A program made the translations under genes and the position numbers. The notes beneath the pieces are model-generated. The model did not search any database. It was given only the letters and a program-made list of their open reading frames with translations, and was not told where the DNA came from. From an uncultured Candidatus Rokubacteria bacterium (lineage in GTDB: Bacteria > Methylomirabilota > Methylomirabilia > Rokubacteriales > DASRDR01), in assembly GCA_963805625.1 (NCBI GenBank), contig CAWDVE010000024.1:115093-179092 (forward strand): a stretch of 64,000 nucleotides of DNA, read 5' to 3'. Position 1 is the stretch's first letter. Every line of letters starts with the position of its first letter. This document shows, piece after piece, positions 1 through 10,078 of the stretch.

Positions 1-669
1 CTGGCGCAGGAACGCCCGCCAGGCGGGGTAGAGCGCGACGTTCGTCCGATAGTCGTAGAAGAGGTCGAGTTGCACGCGGCGCGCGTGCGGACGTTCCATG
101 AACCGGAAGTCCATGTTCCAGTTGTCCGGGCTGATCAGCTCGGGGCGCTTGTGCCCATGGAGGTAGACCAGTTTGATCCCCTCCAGCTCCAGGAACGGCA
201 GCAGTGGCGTCTCGGTCTCCGGGGCGCGTCTCTTCCAGAGCGCGTGACGGATGGCATCCCAGGCCGTGGTGAACCCCTCCTCATAGGCGTTCGTGTTCTG
301 GAGGATCAGCCACTCCATCCACTCCGGGTGACGGCTCAGGATCCGGAAGCCGACGGGGCCGCCGTAGTCCTGCATGAACAGCCCGAACCGGGTGAAGCCG
401 GTCTTGAGGAGGAGCCCCTCGACCACGTCAGACAGCCGGTCGAACGTGTAGGCGAAGGTGGCCGGGTCGGGCATGTCGGTGTTCCCGAATCCCGGGTAGT
501 CGGGCGCGATGATGTGAAAGCGGTCGGCCAGCGCCGGAATGAGATTCCGGAACTGGTGGGACGACGCTGGGAAGCCGCCGAGCAGGATCAGCTTCGGATT
601 CCGTGGCTCACCGGCTTCGCGGTAGAAAACGGAGAGACCGTCAACGGTGGTGGTCTTGTGTCGGGTCAT
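1..669 (-). CDS. alpha/beta hydrolase (epoxide hydrolase/dehalogenase-like), runs off the window edge
   Basis: Manual translation from ATG 669: MTRHKTTTVDGLSVFYREAG..LLGGFPASSHQFRNLIP..APDYPGFG..FMQDYGGPVG; AGGAGG RBS upstream. Confidence 0.9.
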   Translation of the reverse strand, partial: MTRHKTTTVDGLSVFYREAGEPRNPKLILLGGFPASSHQFRNLIPALADRFHIIAPDYPGFGNTDMPDPATFAYTFDRLSDVVEGLLLKTGFTRFGLFMQDYGGPVGFRILSRHPEWMEWLILQNTNAYEEGFTTAWDAIRHALWKRRAPETETPLLPFLELEGIKLVYLHGHKRPELISPDNWNMDFRFMERPHARRVQLDLFYDYRTNVALYPAWRAFLRQ

Positions 670-728
670 GTGATGCCCTCCTCATTGATCTGGTTCGTGC
701 TCTTAGGGGTCAGCACTCCTCGGTACGG

Positions 729-744
729 AGCAAGAGCGACGCCA
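729..744 (-). promoter_or_regulatory. sigma-54 (-24/-12) promoter of the hydrolase
   Basis: Minus strand TGGCGTC-GCTC-TTGCT fits TGGC-N7-TTGC; divergent sigma-54 activator adjacent; palindrome CGTGA-GAAT-TCACG at 814-827 is a candidate UAS. Confidence 0.7.
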
Positions 745-869
745 GGACGCCTGGAAGGAACTAACTGACTGAAAACATTGGTTCTGAGGGGCTGAACGCC
801 CGGCCCAACCTGTCGTGAGAATTCACGGCGTCGCGAATCCTCGGCGCCGTCTCGCGACATCTAACGAGC

Positions 870-2504
870 ATGGATCTCCTGCCCGTGATTCTCGCCATGG
901 CTCAGGCGGAAGGACCGACGTCGGTGCTGGGCCATGTGGTGGGGGCGGTGCTCGAGCACGACGAGATCGCGCTGGCACGCGTGTGGTTTCTCGATGACGA
1001 GGACTGCCCGGTCTGTCCCGTGCCCGGCGTCGAGCCCGAGGCCCCCGCTCTCCATCTCCGCGCCAGTGGCGGGAGTCCCGCTAGGCCGGTCATGGAGTCG
1101 AGTCGGATCGAGGGGCCGTGTCATCGAGTGCCGATGCAGGCGCGGTCGAGGATCGCCGACTGTGCGGCGCAGCGGGAGCCGCTGCTGCTGTTCGAGCTCG
1201 ATCAGGCTGGCGAGTGCGGCGTCGAGCCCGAGTTCGTGCGCCGAATGGCGCTTCGCGGGGGCGTGGCGTACCCGTTGCGCTTCAGAGACAAGGTCGTGGG
1301 CGTGCTCGCCGGCTATCTTCGAACACCCCCACAGGATGCGGGACAGCGCTGGCTGCCGACGTTGGCGGCTCATGCCGCGGTGGCCATCGGCAACTGCCGC
1401 GCGTTCCAGGAGATCAAGCGACTCCACCGGCGGCTCGAAATGGAGCGTGACTATCTACTCGAAGAACGCGGCCAGGCGGGCGCCTTCGAGGAGATCGTCG
1501 GCAAGAGCGAGGCGCTGGAAGGGTTGCTGCGCCAGGTGGAGCTGGTGGCGCCGACCGATGCGAATGTGCTCATCCAGGGTGAGTCGGGAACCGGGAAGGA
1601 ACTCGTGGCGCGGGCGATTCACCAGCGAAGCCCCCGAGCCGCGCGAGCAATGGTCAAGGTCAATTGCGGGTCGATCCCCAAGGAGCTCTTCGAAAGCGAG
1701 TTCTTCGGGCATGTCAAGGGCGCGTTCACGGGAGCCATCCGCGATCGGGTCGGCCGCTTCCAGCTGGCCGACCGGGGCACGTTGTTCTTGGACGAGGTCG
1801 CCGAGATTCCGCTGGATCTGCAGGCCAAGCTCCTCCGCGTGCTCCAAGAGGGTGAGTTCGAACGCGTCGGGGAGGAGACCACTCACCGAGTCAGCACGCG
1901 CATCCTCGCCGCCACGAATCGAGACCTGCGCGCCGAGGTCGATGCCGGCCGGTTTCGGCTCGACCTATTCTACCGGCTGAGCGTGTTTCCGCTGCGGGTG
2001 CCGTCGCTGCGCGATCGACGGGAGGATATCCCGCTGCTGGTGGCCACGTTCGTGCATCAGGCCTGTCAGCGGCAGCACCGTCCGGTGCCGAGGGTGCCGC
2101 AACGAGAGCTCGACAAACTGATGGCGTACGACTGGCCCGGCAATATCCGCGAGCTGCAGCACGTCGTCGAGCGGGCCGTGATTCTCGCGTCTCGAGGGGT
2201 GCTGCAATTCTTGGGGCTCGTGTCCGATGAGGCGCGGCGCGCTGAGCGAGCGCGCCCGGGCGCAGCCTCGAACCCCGAGTACTACACCGACAAGGAATGG
2301 CGACGGATGGAGCGGGACAATCTGACAGCAGCGCTGCGGAAGGCTGGTGGGAGAGTGGCGGGTCCCGCGGGGGCGGCGGCGCTGCTGGGCATGAATGCGA
2401 ACACGCTCGCCTCGCGGCTGCGTGCATTTGGACTTCGTCGAACCTACCGGAATGATCCGGCGATGCGTGCGGAGGGCGGATCAGACCGGGCTGGCGAGGA
2501 TTAG
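870..2504 (+). CDS. sigma-54-dependent activator, GAF + AAA+ + HTH (FhlA/NifA-like)
   Basis: GESGTGKE, GAFTGA, FLDEV and WPGNIREL motifs; N-terminal GAF; C-terminal HTH. Confidence 0.93.
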   Translation: MDLLPVILAMAQAEGPTSVLGHVVGAVLEHDEIALARVWFLDDEDCPVCPVPGVEPEAPALHLRASGGSPARPVMESSRIEGPCHRVPMQARSRIADCAAQREPLLLFELDQAGECGVEPEFVRRMALRGGVAYPLRFRDKVVGVLAGYLRTPPQDAGQRWLPTLAAHAAVAIGNCRAFQEIKRLHRRLEMERDYLLEERGQAGAFEEIVGKSEALEGLLRQVELVAPTDANVLIQGESGTGKELVARAIHQRSPRAARAMVKVNCGSIPKELFESEFFGHVKGAFTGAIRDRVGRFQLADRGTLFLDEVAEIPLDLQAKLLRVLQEGEFERVGEETTHRVSTRILAATNRDLRAEVDAGRFRLDLFYRLSVFPLRVPSLRDRREDIPLLVATFVHQACQRQHRPVPRVPQRELDKLMAYDWPGNIRELQHVVERAVILASRGVLQFLGLVSDEARRAERARPGAASNPEYYTDKEWRRMERDNLTAALRKAGGRVAGPAGAAALLGMNANTLASRLRAFGLRRTYRNDPAMRAEGGSDRAGED

Positions 2505-2622
2505 GCGACGGTCGGGGTGCCCGTACTGCGTGGTCCCCGCCCAATCTGAGCTCCCGGCGCGATCCACAGAGCTGTTCCGCAGCTGACCGTGCTCCCCTGG
2601 GGCGGGATCTGCCATCGTGCTG

Positions 2623-3347
2623 CTACCAGCCGGCACGTACCCAGGACATCCGGACGGGCTTGCACGCGGTCTCCATCCATGCCCGCAGCGTCTCGGACAC
2701 GCTCCACGCTTGGGCGATGCACCCGCGCGGGCGGAAGGGGGGATCGCCCTCGAAGAGCTCGGCGATGCTGCCCACGCCGAAGTCGTCGAGGTGGTGCGCC
2801 AGCGGCTCGAGAAACGTCCGGGCCGCCGCCGGGTCGCCATAAACGCGCACGTGCGCCAGCACAAAGGGGCCGAGCAGCCACGCCCAGGCCGGCCCCTGAC
2901 CAGCGTCTTGATCTCCACGTCCATCGGCCCGGCGGCTCGGATCAGCCGATATCGGACGTACGTCGTGTTGGCACCGGGCTCCATGAAGATGCGCTTCTCG
3001 AGTAGGGCGTCTGCACAGGCGTACGTCCAGACCGGGGTCGTCCCGTCGAGCCGGAACTCCTGGAGGTCCGCGTGGCCAGATGGTTCGACCGTGCCGTCAG
3101 CCCAGCGGTTGGCGAAGAGTGGGTGGGTGAGGCCGGCGTATTCGACCTGCTCGTCGACCTTGGCGACGAGCAGGGTGCGCCCGAGCGGTGGCTCGAGGGC
3201 GGCGACGAGGAGCCCGTGATAGCGTCGCGTGAGCACGCCCGGCACCGTGCCCGACGCGAAGCCGCCGATCCCGTTCGTGCAGAGCCACTCACGCGTTTCC
3301 GCCGTCGCCAGGTCGCCGCAGATCTCCCGCCCCCACGCGAGGTTCAT
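2623..3347 (-). pseudogene. amylo-alpha-1,6-glucosidase (glycogen debranching enzyme) with a large internal deletion
   Basis: N-terminus EWLCTNGIGGFASGT..TRRYHGLL joined near 2899, with a frame change, to the C-terminal QGPAWAWLLGPF..GSIAELFEGDPP..GCIAQAWSV; central part absent. Confidence 0.8.
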
Positions 3348-4378
3348 GGCTGGACCACCTTCAGGGCATGTCCGTCGGGATCGCGGATCAGGACCCCCTT
3401 CGTGAAGCCGAGCTCCCGCTCGGGCGGCTCCGCGACGCTCGACGACAGGAGGGCGCAGGGGCCCCCGCGCACCGCGCGCGCCACGGCCTCCGCGTCGTCG
3501 CTGGCCAGGGTCGTCTGCCAGTGGACGAGGTCGTTGGATCGCGTATCGGCCGGGATCGGTCGCCCGTCTCGGGGTGTCACGTATTCGAGAAACTCGACGC
3601 TCGGGCCCGACGGCGCCCGCAGCGCCGTGATGCGAAGGTGGGCGCCGAACACGTTGTTCAGCCGCTCCTGCTCCGGGCCGTAGTTCTCGCTCTCGCCGGC
3701 GACCCGGAGCCCCAGGGTGTCCCGGTAGCACCTGAGGCTCACCTCGGTGTTGCCGACGACGATCGCCGTGTGGTCAATGCCGAGGAAGAGTCGATTGCTC
3801 GGCCGGTGCCACTTCGGATCGCCCTTGCCCGGTGGGAACCAGAGGACCTCGAGGGGGTGACCGTCCGGGTCCTTGAAGTAGAAGGCCCGGATCCCGCCCG
3901 CGTTCGGGTTCCAGTCCGGTAGGCGTTGAGGGACTGGCGAGGCGTGCTCCGCCCGGTGCTGCCGGAGCCACGCATAGGCGCGATCCATGTCGCTCACGAT
4001 GATCGCGATGTGCTGGAACCAGCGGTCGTGGCTCCGCGAGTCCACGGGGACCGGCCGCCCCCGGGGCGTCAGGTACTCCGTCAGCTCGATCGCCTCGTCG
4101 CCCAGCCGCATCCGCACGACACGCATCCGAAGCCCGAACACCCCCTCCAGCCGCTCATAGTTCTCGCCCCACACCTCGACATCCGAGACCGTCTCGAACC
4201 CCAGAACCTGGTGGTAGAAGGCGATCGATCGGTCCATATCGGAGACGGTCATCCCGACGGCATCGACCGCGCGGATGAGGCCCGCCGGTTGTGCGTCCGA
4301 CGCACGCCCGGCCGGGAGCCCCAGCCCGGCAGCGAGGACGAGGAGTCCCAGCACCGCGATCCGCGATCGGGTGGTCAT
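3344..4378 (-). CDS. secreted VOC/glyoxalase family protein (two VOC domains)
   Basis: Signal peptide MTTRSRIAVLGLLVLAAG; HIAIIVSDMD, FKDPDGHPLE, IDHTAIVV, RDPDGH motifs. Confidence 0.88.
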   Translation of the reverse strand: MTTRSRIAVLGLLVLAAGLGLPAGRASDAQPAGLIRAVDAVGMTVSDMDRSIAFYHQVLGFETVSDVEVWGENYERLEGVFGLRMRVVRMRLGDEAIELTEYLTPRGRPVPVDSRSHDRWFQHIAIIVSDMDRAYAWLRQHRAEHASPVPQRLPDWNPNAGGIRAFYFKDPDGHPLEVLWFPPGKGDPKWHRPSNRLFLGIDHTAIVVGNTEVSLRCYRDTLGLRVAGESENYGPEQERLNNVFGAHLRITALRAPSGPSVEFLEYVTPRDGRPIPADTRSNDLVHWQTTLASDDAEAVARAVRGGPCALLSSSVAEPPERELGFTKGVLIRDPDGHALKVVQP

Positions 4379-4404
4379 GTCCGCTCTCCCTGGCGTCCGG
4401 GGCC

Positions 4405-5976
4405 TCACCGGAGCCGCTCGAGCAGGTGGTCTCCCACCCGGAGGGCATTCGCCATGACGGTAAGGGCGGGGTTCACCGCGCCGCTCGACGGGAAGACGCT
4501 GGCGTCCACGACGTAGAGGTTGCCCACCTCGTGGGCTCGGCAGTTCTGGTCCAACGCGGACGTCTTCGGGTCGCGACCGAACCGCACCGTCCCGTTCTGA
4601 TGGGCGACGCCCGCGAGCGGAATGCGTTGGCCGAGGTAGAGGCTCCGGGCGAAGAGCCCCTCGTGACACTCGTGGCCGTGGACCGTGCAGCGCGTCTGCT
4701 GCTTCATGAGGTGCTTCAGCTTGTCGATGAGCCGGGTATGCCCTTCCTCGTTGTTCGGCTGGTAGCTGAGCACGATGTTGCCGGCCCGATCGAGGGTCAC
4801 CCGGTTGTTCGGATCCGGGAGATCCTCCGAGGTGAGCCAGAAGTCCAGCGAGTGCTTGGCCATCAGGTCGAGGGTCCAACCCGGGGCGACGGCGGGCGCC
4901 CCAGCCTTCAGCGTGTCCCCGTCGAGCTTGCCGACGAAGGAGATGTGCCCCATCGGGAACTCCCACTCGGACGAGCCGAAGTAGAAGTCGTTCACCGCGA
5001 GCGTCTTCTGGAAGACGGTCGGGTTCGGACACTTCGAGAGGGCCATCAGCACCGAGTTGACATGACCCATGTAGTGACGGCCCACGACGTCCGAGCCGTT
5101 GGCCAGCCCGTGCGGATGCTTGTCGGTGGCCGACCGGAGCAGGAGCGCCGCCGAGTTGATGGCGCCGCACGACACGACGACCACGTCGGCCGAGTAGACT
5201 TCCTTGGCCCCCTGGCGTTCGACGATCACGCGCGTCACCTCGCCGCCCGAGGGGCTGGTCTCCAGCCGGGAGACGTAGGCCCCGGTCCGGAGTGTGACGT
5301 TCGGGTGCTCGAGCGCAGGATCCACGCAGAGCACCTGGGCATCGGCCTTCGCGTAGACGAGGCACGGATGGCCATCGCAGGTGCCGCAGCGGATGCAGCG
5401 GCTCTTCCGGGGGTTCTGCTCGTCGAGCAGAACGCCGAGCGGCACGTGAAACGGTCGGAGCCCCAGGCGGGCGAAGTCGTCACTGAGCTGCTGCATACGA
5501 GGCTCGTGGCTGACCACCGGGTGGGGGTACGGCGTGCTGGCCGGGGGGTCGGTCGGGTCCTCCCCCCGCCGACCGTGCACGTGATAGAGCTGCTCGGCCT
5601 GCGTGTAGTAGGGCTCCAGGTCCTCGTAGTGAATGGGCCACGCGGGCGAGATTCCGCCCCAGTGTTTGAGCTCCCCGAAGTCCTCCCGGCGCAGCCGAAA
5701 GAGCGCGGCCCCGTAGAACTTGGTGTTGCCCCCGACCCAGTAGTTCGTGTGGGGATGGAGCGGCTCGCCGTCCGTGGTGCGCCAGACCTCCTTGGTGTTG
5801 TACTTCCCCTCGAGGTTGACGGCCCGCGTGCTCCAGTTGTCCTTCTCGCGCGGGACATAATCGCCCCGCTCGAGGAGCAGGATGCGCTTGCCCGAGGGAG
5901 CCAGACGATGGGCCAGCGTGCCGCCGCCGGCCCCGGTTCCGATGATGATCACGTCGTAGCGGCTCGTCTCGTTCAT
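4405..5976 (-). CDS. GMC family oxidoreductase
   Basis: IIGTGAGGG FAD motif, VGGNTKFYG, HQNGTVRFG, NPALTVMANA. Confidence 0.92.
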   Translation of the reverse strand: MNETSRYDVIIIGTGAGGGTLAHRLAPSGKRILLLERGDYVPREKDNWSTRAVNLEGKYNTKEVWRTTDGEPLHPHTNYWVGGNTKFYGAALFRLRREDFGELKHWGGISPAWPIHYEDLEPYYTQAEQLYHVHGRRGEDPTDPPASTPYPHPVVSHEPRMQQLSDDFARLGLRPFHVPLGVLLDEQNPRKSRCIRCGTCDGHPCLVYAKADAQVLCVDPALEHPNVTLRTGAYVSRLETSPSGGEVTRVIVERQGAKEVYSADVVVVSCGAINSAALLLRSATDKHPHGLANGSDVVGRHYMGHVNSVLMALSKCPNPTVFQKTLAVNDFYFGSSEWEFPMGHISFVGKLDGDTLKAGAPAVAPGWTLDLMAKHSLDFWLTSEDLPDPNNRVTLDRAGNIVLSYQPNNEEGHTRLIDKLKHLMKQQTRCTVHGHECHEGLFARSLYLGQRIPLAGVAHQNGTVRFGRDPKTSALDQNCRAHEVGNLYVVDASVFPSSGAVNPALTVMANALRVGDHLLERLR

Positions 5977-6007
5977 GGACGCCTCCCTTGGAGTAGGCGG
6001 AGTTGAA

Positions 6008-7025
6008 TCAGCTTCGACGACCTAGGCGCTTAGATGCGAGCGCCCGGTGCCGAGGTTCCCGCGCGTCGTCCCGAGTGGTCAGCTCCCGACCGCCGCGCCC
6101 GTATTGAGCCGAACCCCCGCCCCCCGCCAGCCCAATCCCAGCCCGTAGAGCCCACGAAACCCGAGGGCCGTTCCGAAGAGGAACGGGCCGAGCACGTCCA
6201 GACCGAGATGGCGGGCCAGGACGCCGGCGGCTCCCGGAAGGGCGGCGGTCCCCAGGTAGAACGCGGCAACCTGGAAGCCAATTGCGTGGGTGGCGCGGGT
6301 CGTCCCTACCCGCTCGGGCGTAGTTGCGACCAGGAGCGGGAAGATCGGCGCCCCCGACTGCCAGTCCGGCGTAGACGAAGAAGAGGCCGACGTTCAGCCA
6401 GACCGCGGGTTGCCGGAGCGCTTCGCCGATCCCAGGGGCCATGCGAGCGAGCGGCGCCGGTCCTTTCTCCCCCGCCCAGCGACCCTCCGTCGGGACGAAG
6501 CCGATGGTCATGGTCGCCAGCACGACCCCGATCAGGCCATAGGCCATCCGCCACGATCCCGTGGCGCCGAGGACGGCGCCGGTCAGCAGGGTGGCCCCGA
6601 TGCCTTAGCTCGCGTGCAGCCAGGTCGTCACGCGGGCCGAGAGGTGCGCGGCGGCGAAAGCGTTAATCCCGGCGTCGATTGCCCCGCGCCCAGGCCAGCC
6701 ACGACGGCGCTCACGACGACGACCTCCCAGACGGGGGCCAGCGCTTAGGCGAGAGCGCTGGCCGCCGTGGGGGCGCTGCTCGCCGCCAGGACCCGGCCGA
6801 GGCCCATCCGCGCAACGAGGGCCTCGCTGGCGAAGCTCGATGCGAGGTAGCCGACCATGGCGGCAGTCAGGCGGCCGCCGAGCGGCTCATCGGCAACGCG
6901 AAGCTGCCTCGCATGGACGGCCACGCCACGCCGAGGACGCCGTCGGGCAGCCCGAGACTGAAAAATGCGAGTAGCGCGATCAGGCTCAGCGACCGGCCGG
7001 ATCGGCTCGATGCGTCGCTCCTCAC
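6008..7025 (-). pseudogene. degraded MFS transporter
   Basis: GTG at 7025, LAFFSLGLPDGVLGVAWPSMR, then broken frames; later hydrophobic segments such as [19 protein letters not shown]. Confidence 0.7.
6030..6058 (-). promoter_or_regulatory. ECF-type promoter motif (variant), upstream of the GMC operon
   Basis: GAACC-N18-ATCTAA. Confidence 0.6.
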
Positions 7026-8489
7026 GGCTGGGTTCGCAGAGCCTGGCTGGGCGCTCTGCTGCGCGGCGAGTCGAGCAGGCGAAACAGGAGATTGTCGGTG
7101 AAGCCCAGATCCTGGGTCAGGGCCAGATGGTCCGAGAAGAGGAAGGTTACGCTGCTCCACGCGATCGGGGACGCCAGCCCCGGCGTCCACGCCTGACCGA
7201 CCCGCTCGTCCAGCACGGCACTAGTCCGGAGCACCGTCCCGTCCCCCGGTCCCTGCTCGCGAACGGCGAGCTGGCCGGAGGCGGGGTCCACGGCCAGCCG
7301 GGCCGCGGTCGGCTTCGCGTCGCCGGCGAAGAGGTGGACGTCGAGGCCCGTCGGCGGCGTCGCCAGGCGGTCGAGAGCCGCATGGAGCTGCTTCGCCCGA
7401 GCGAGCGCCTTGCGAAGATGATCCCGGGCGATTTGCTGACGGGCGGCGGGCTCGGAGACATCGGGCAGGAGCCACGCCAGTGCGGGGTCGCGCTCGGCCG
7501 CCAGTCCCCAGCCGAACCGCTCCCAGACGGCGGGGTCGAACACGTCGAGATCGCGGGCATCCGCTCCCTGGCCTTCGACGACGGCGCCATGTCGCATCCG
7601 CGGCAGGAGCCGGTAGATGGACGGCATGGGTGCCGAGCACGGCGGCCGGGTAGCGCGGCAAGATGGGGGCGAACCGTCGGCCCTCGACGAGCTGGATCAA
7701 GGCGTCGGCAGACCCGGCGTTCGGCGTCCCGATCAAGATCACGCGGTTCACGTACGCGGCGCCAGCCCAGGTTAGCGGCGGGAGGGAGCCGTCCGCCGGC
7801 AGGTCGACGGGTCCATGGCGGAGGTAGTACCGGGTGAGCAGCCCCCCCATCGAGTGGGCGACGATGTCGAACTTGAGGTCGGGCCGATCGATCCCGTAGC
7901 GCCGCTTGAGCTCGGCGATCACGTAGGCTCGCTTCTCCAAGATGAATTCGTGGAGCCGTCGCGCGTTCTCCACGTTGTCCCGCCGCCAGTCATACGGGAA
8001 CTGGAAGCAGGTGAAGTGCCCGGGGCCATAGTCGAGCTGGCCCATGCGGCCGAGGGTCTCGTCCCGATAGCCGCCAACGCCGAGCGTTCGCAGGATGTAA
8101 AGATAGGCCTGCGGCTCGATCGGCAGCCCGAGGAGGCTCACGCGCACGCGATCCAGCACGCCCGTCGGCTCCACGGTGTCACGGAGCTCGGCGAGGGGAC
8201 GCCCCTCGGCCATCGGGAGCGCGACGAGCCGGGCGCCGTCCGGTCGGCTCGGGTTCGCGTAGGTGCCAGCGAACGCGCCCCACACCACCCGGCCGGTGCC
8301 CGGATCCATGAGCTTCGAGCCGCCGATGCCGGGCACCACGATCACGGGGTTGCGAGTGGCGTCTCCGCCCTGGGCCGCGCGGTTGTAGAGGCCCCCAAGG
8401 TCTGGCGCCGGTGCGAGGCTGGCGGCGCAGCCCGCCATGAGCCCTGCGGCTACCAGCGCGCCGATCGCGGATCTGCGGATCCTCGGCAT
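7022..8489 (-). CDS. lipoprotein lipase/LCAT-like alpha/beta hydrolase, frameshifted near 7629
   Basis: Lipobox LMAGC, VPGIGGS, YDWRRD, AHSMGG, LIGTPNAGS; an extra C in ACC-C-ATG shifts into ORF 7022-7627 (MPSIYRLLP..GDGTV). Confidence 0.8.
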
Positions 8490-8554
8490 GACGCCCCTTT
8501 CCGAGCCACGTGAGCGGCCCCGCTCGTGTGGCTTTCTCTCGTCAGACGCTCGGG

Positions 8555-9160
8555 CTAGACGAGCCAGCGTAGCCACCCCGCGCGCCGGTTGCCCCGTGCC
8601 GCCGCGCGATCGAGCGGGGGCGCCAGGAACCCGTCGACGCCGAAGCTCCGCCCGGCGTCGGTCAGGAGGAAGAGCGCGGGGAACATGAGGAGCATCGTGT
8701 AGGTCCAGCCCCACTCGTTCGGGACATTCAGGATGCTGACCGTGATGTTGGCGGCCATGCCGATCGCCACGAGGGACCCCAGCCGGGCGCCGAGCCCGAG
8801 GATCAGCGTCACGGCGATGAAGGTTTCGGTGCAGAGCGTCATCCAGCCGAAGAAGGTCCAGTGGGGGATCACGACGTTGAGCTGGAAGTCCTTGTAGGCG
8901 TTCAGCGTCGGGTGCTGGATGCCCTGCTGGAACCAGTACCAGAGGCCGCCGCCGGACTTCCGGCCGAAGTCGTCGGAGGGTACCTTCCAGGCGGACTGTT
9001 GCCACCAGAGGTACCCGTAGAGGATTCGGGCTAGCCCGAGCGGCCACAGGGGGGCCGTGGCCCGGAGCCAGCCCGTGCGCGGACGATCCTCCGCCGGCGC
9101 CGCGTGGCCATTTCGTGCGGATCCCATCGTGACCGGCTCGGTCTGCAGTGTGGTTGGCAA
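8555..9160 (-). CDS. DoxX/DoxD (TQO small subunit) family membrane protein, copy 1
   Basis: LARILYGYLWW..ETFIAVTLILGL..EWGWTY..GRSFGVD. Confidence 0.8.
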   Translation of the reverse strand: MPTTLQTEPVTMGSARNGHAAPAEDRPRTGWLRATAPLWPLGLARILYGYLWWQQSAWKVPSDDFGRKSGGGLWYWFQQGIQHPTLNAYKDFQLNVVIPHWTFFGWMTLCTETFIAVTLILGLGARLGSLVAIGMAANITVSILNVPNEWGWTYTMLLMFPALFLLTDAGRSFGVDGFLAPPLDRAAARGNRRAGWLRWLV

Positions 9161-9184
9161 GGCGTTCCTTCCCCGCGCCGCCCG

Positions 9185-10078
9185 TCAGCGGGCGGGCGCG
9201 CCGTAGTTGCAGCGAAAGATGCAACGTTGTTCATTGTCATGGTGGAGCTTGGCGCACAGGACCGCGGGCAGGCCTCGGGTCGCGAGGTAGAGCTGGGCTG
9301 CGGCGAGCATGCCTAGGAGCGGCGCGGTGAAGTACACCCAGAGCGCGGTCCACACGTGGGCGTGGACGGCCGAGCCCACGGTGCGCGCCGGATTCAGGCT
9401 CATCCCCGAGAGCGGCGCCTCGAGGACGATGTAACTGGCGACGAGCGCCCCGGCGAAGAATCCCGTGAAGCGGTTCAGGCCGGGCCGGTTGGTGACCGTC
9501 AGGATCACTGTCATGAGCGCGAACGTCATGAGGAACTCCGCGCCGAACGCCACGCCGACGCCGCCCGCGCCGGGTACCGTGGCCGCGTAGTTCACGGCAG
9601 GGTGCGCGAGCCGCAGGCCGAGCGCGGCCGCGGCGACGGCGACTCCGATGATCCCGCCGACGAACTGCGCCGCGACGTAGAAGACCGCATCCCAGGCCTT
9701 CACCTTGCCCAGACGCCAGAAGGTCACCGTGAGTGCGGGGTTCAGATGGGCGCCCGACCGTTGCCCCCACCGCGAGTAAACGATGGTCACGGCAGTCAGT
9801 CCCATCGCGAACCCCATCGGGATCCGCCGCAGCATGGCGTTCATCACCGTCTGCCGGACCGGCGAGCTCGGGTACTCCAGCAGCGTGGCGAACAGGCAGG
9901 CTGACACCATGAAGAAGCCCAGCCCGACCGCCTCGATCAGATACTCGGGCCAGTGCTGGCGGAGGGCACCCAGCGCGCCGTCGTCCGATCGAGGCAGGGC
10001 GGTCTGAGTTATCGCTTCGGGGCGATTGGCCGCACGTGGTTCGGCCTCAGCCCTCAGCGCGATGACATAATCGTTCAC
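9185..10078 (-). CDS. MIP/aquaporin family channel
   Basis: Two NPA motifs (SGAHLNPA, SLNPAR); GTG start overlaps the upstream TGA. Confidence 0.9.
   Translation of the reverse strand: MNDYVIALRAEAEPRAANRPEAITQTALPRSDDGALGALRQHWPEYLIEAVGLGFFMVSACLFATLLEYPSSPVRQTVMNAMLRRIPMGFAMGLTAVTIVYSRWGQRSGAHLNPALTVTFWRLGKVKAWDAVFYVAAQFVGGIIGVAVAAAALGLRLAHPAVNYAATVPGAGGVGVAFGAEFLMTFALMTVILTVTNRPGLNRFTGFFAGALVASYIVLEAPLSGMSLNPARTVGSAVHAHVWTALWVYFTAPLLGMLAAAQLYLATRGLPAVLCAKLHHDNEQRCIFRCNYGAPAR

Noticed and set aside
70-768. 232-aa plus-strand ORF and many other long antisense ORFs (e.g. 4291-6006, 12410-14611, 26098-27957)
   Set aside because: Shadows of real genes in high-GC DNA, with no recognisable motifs
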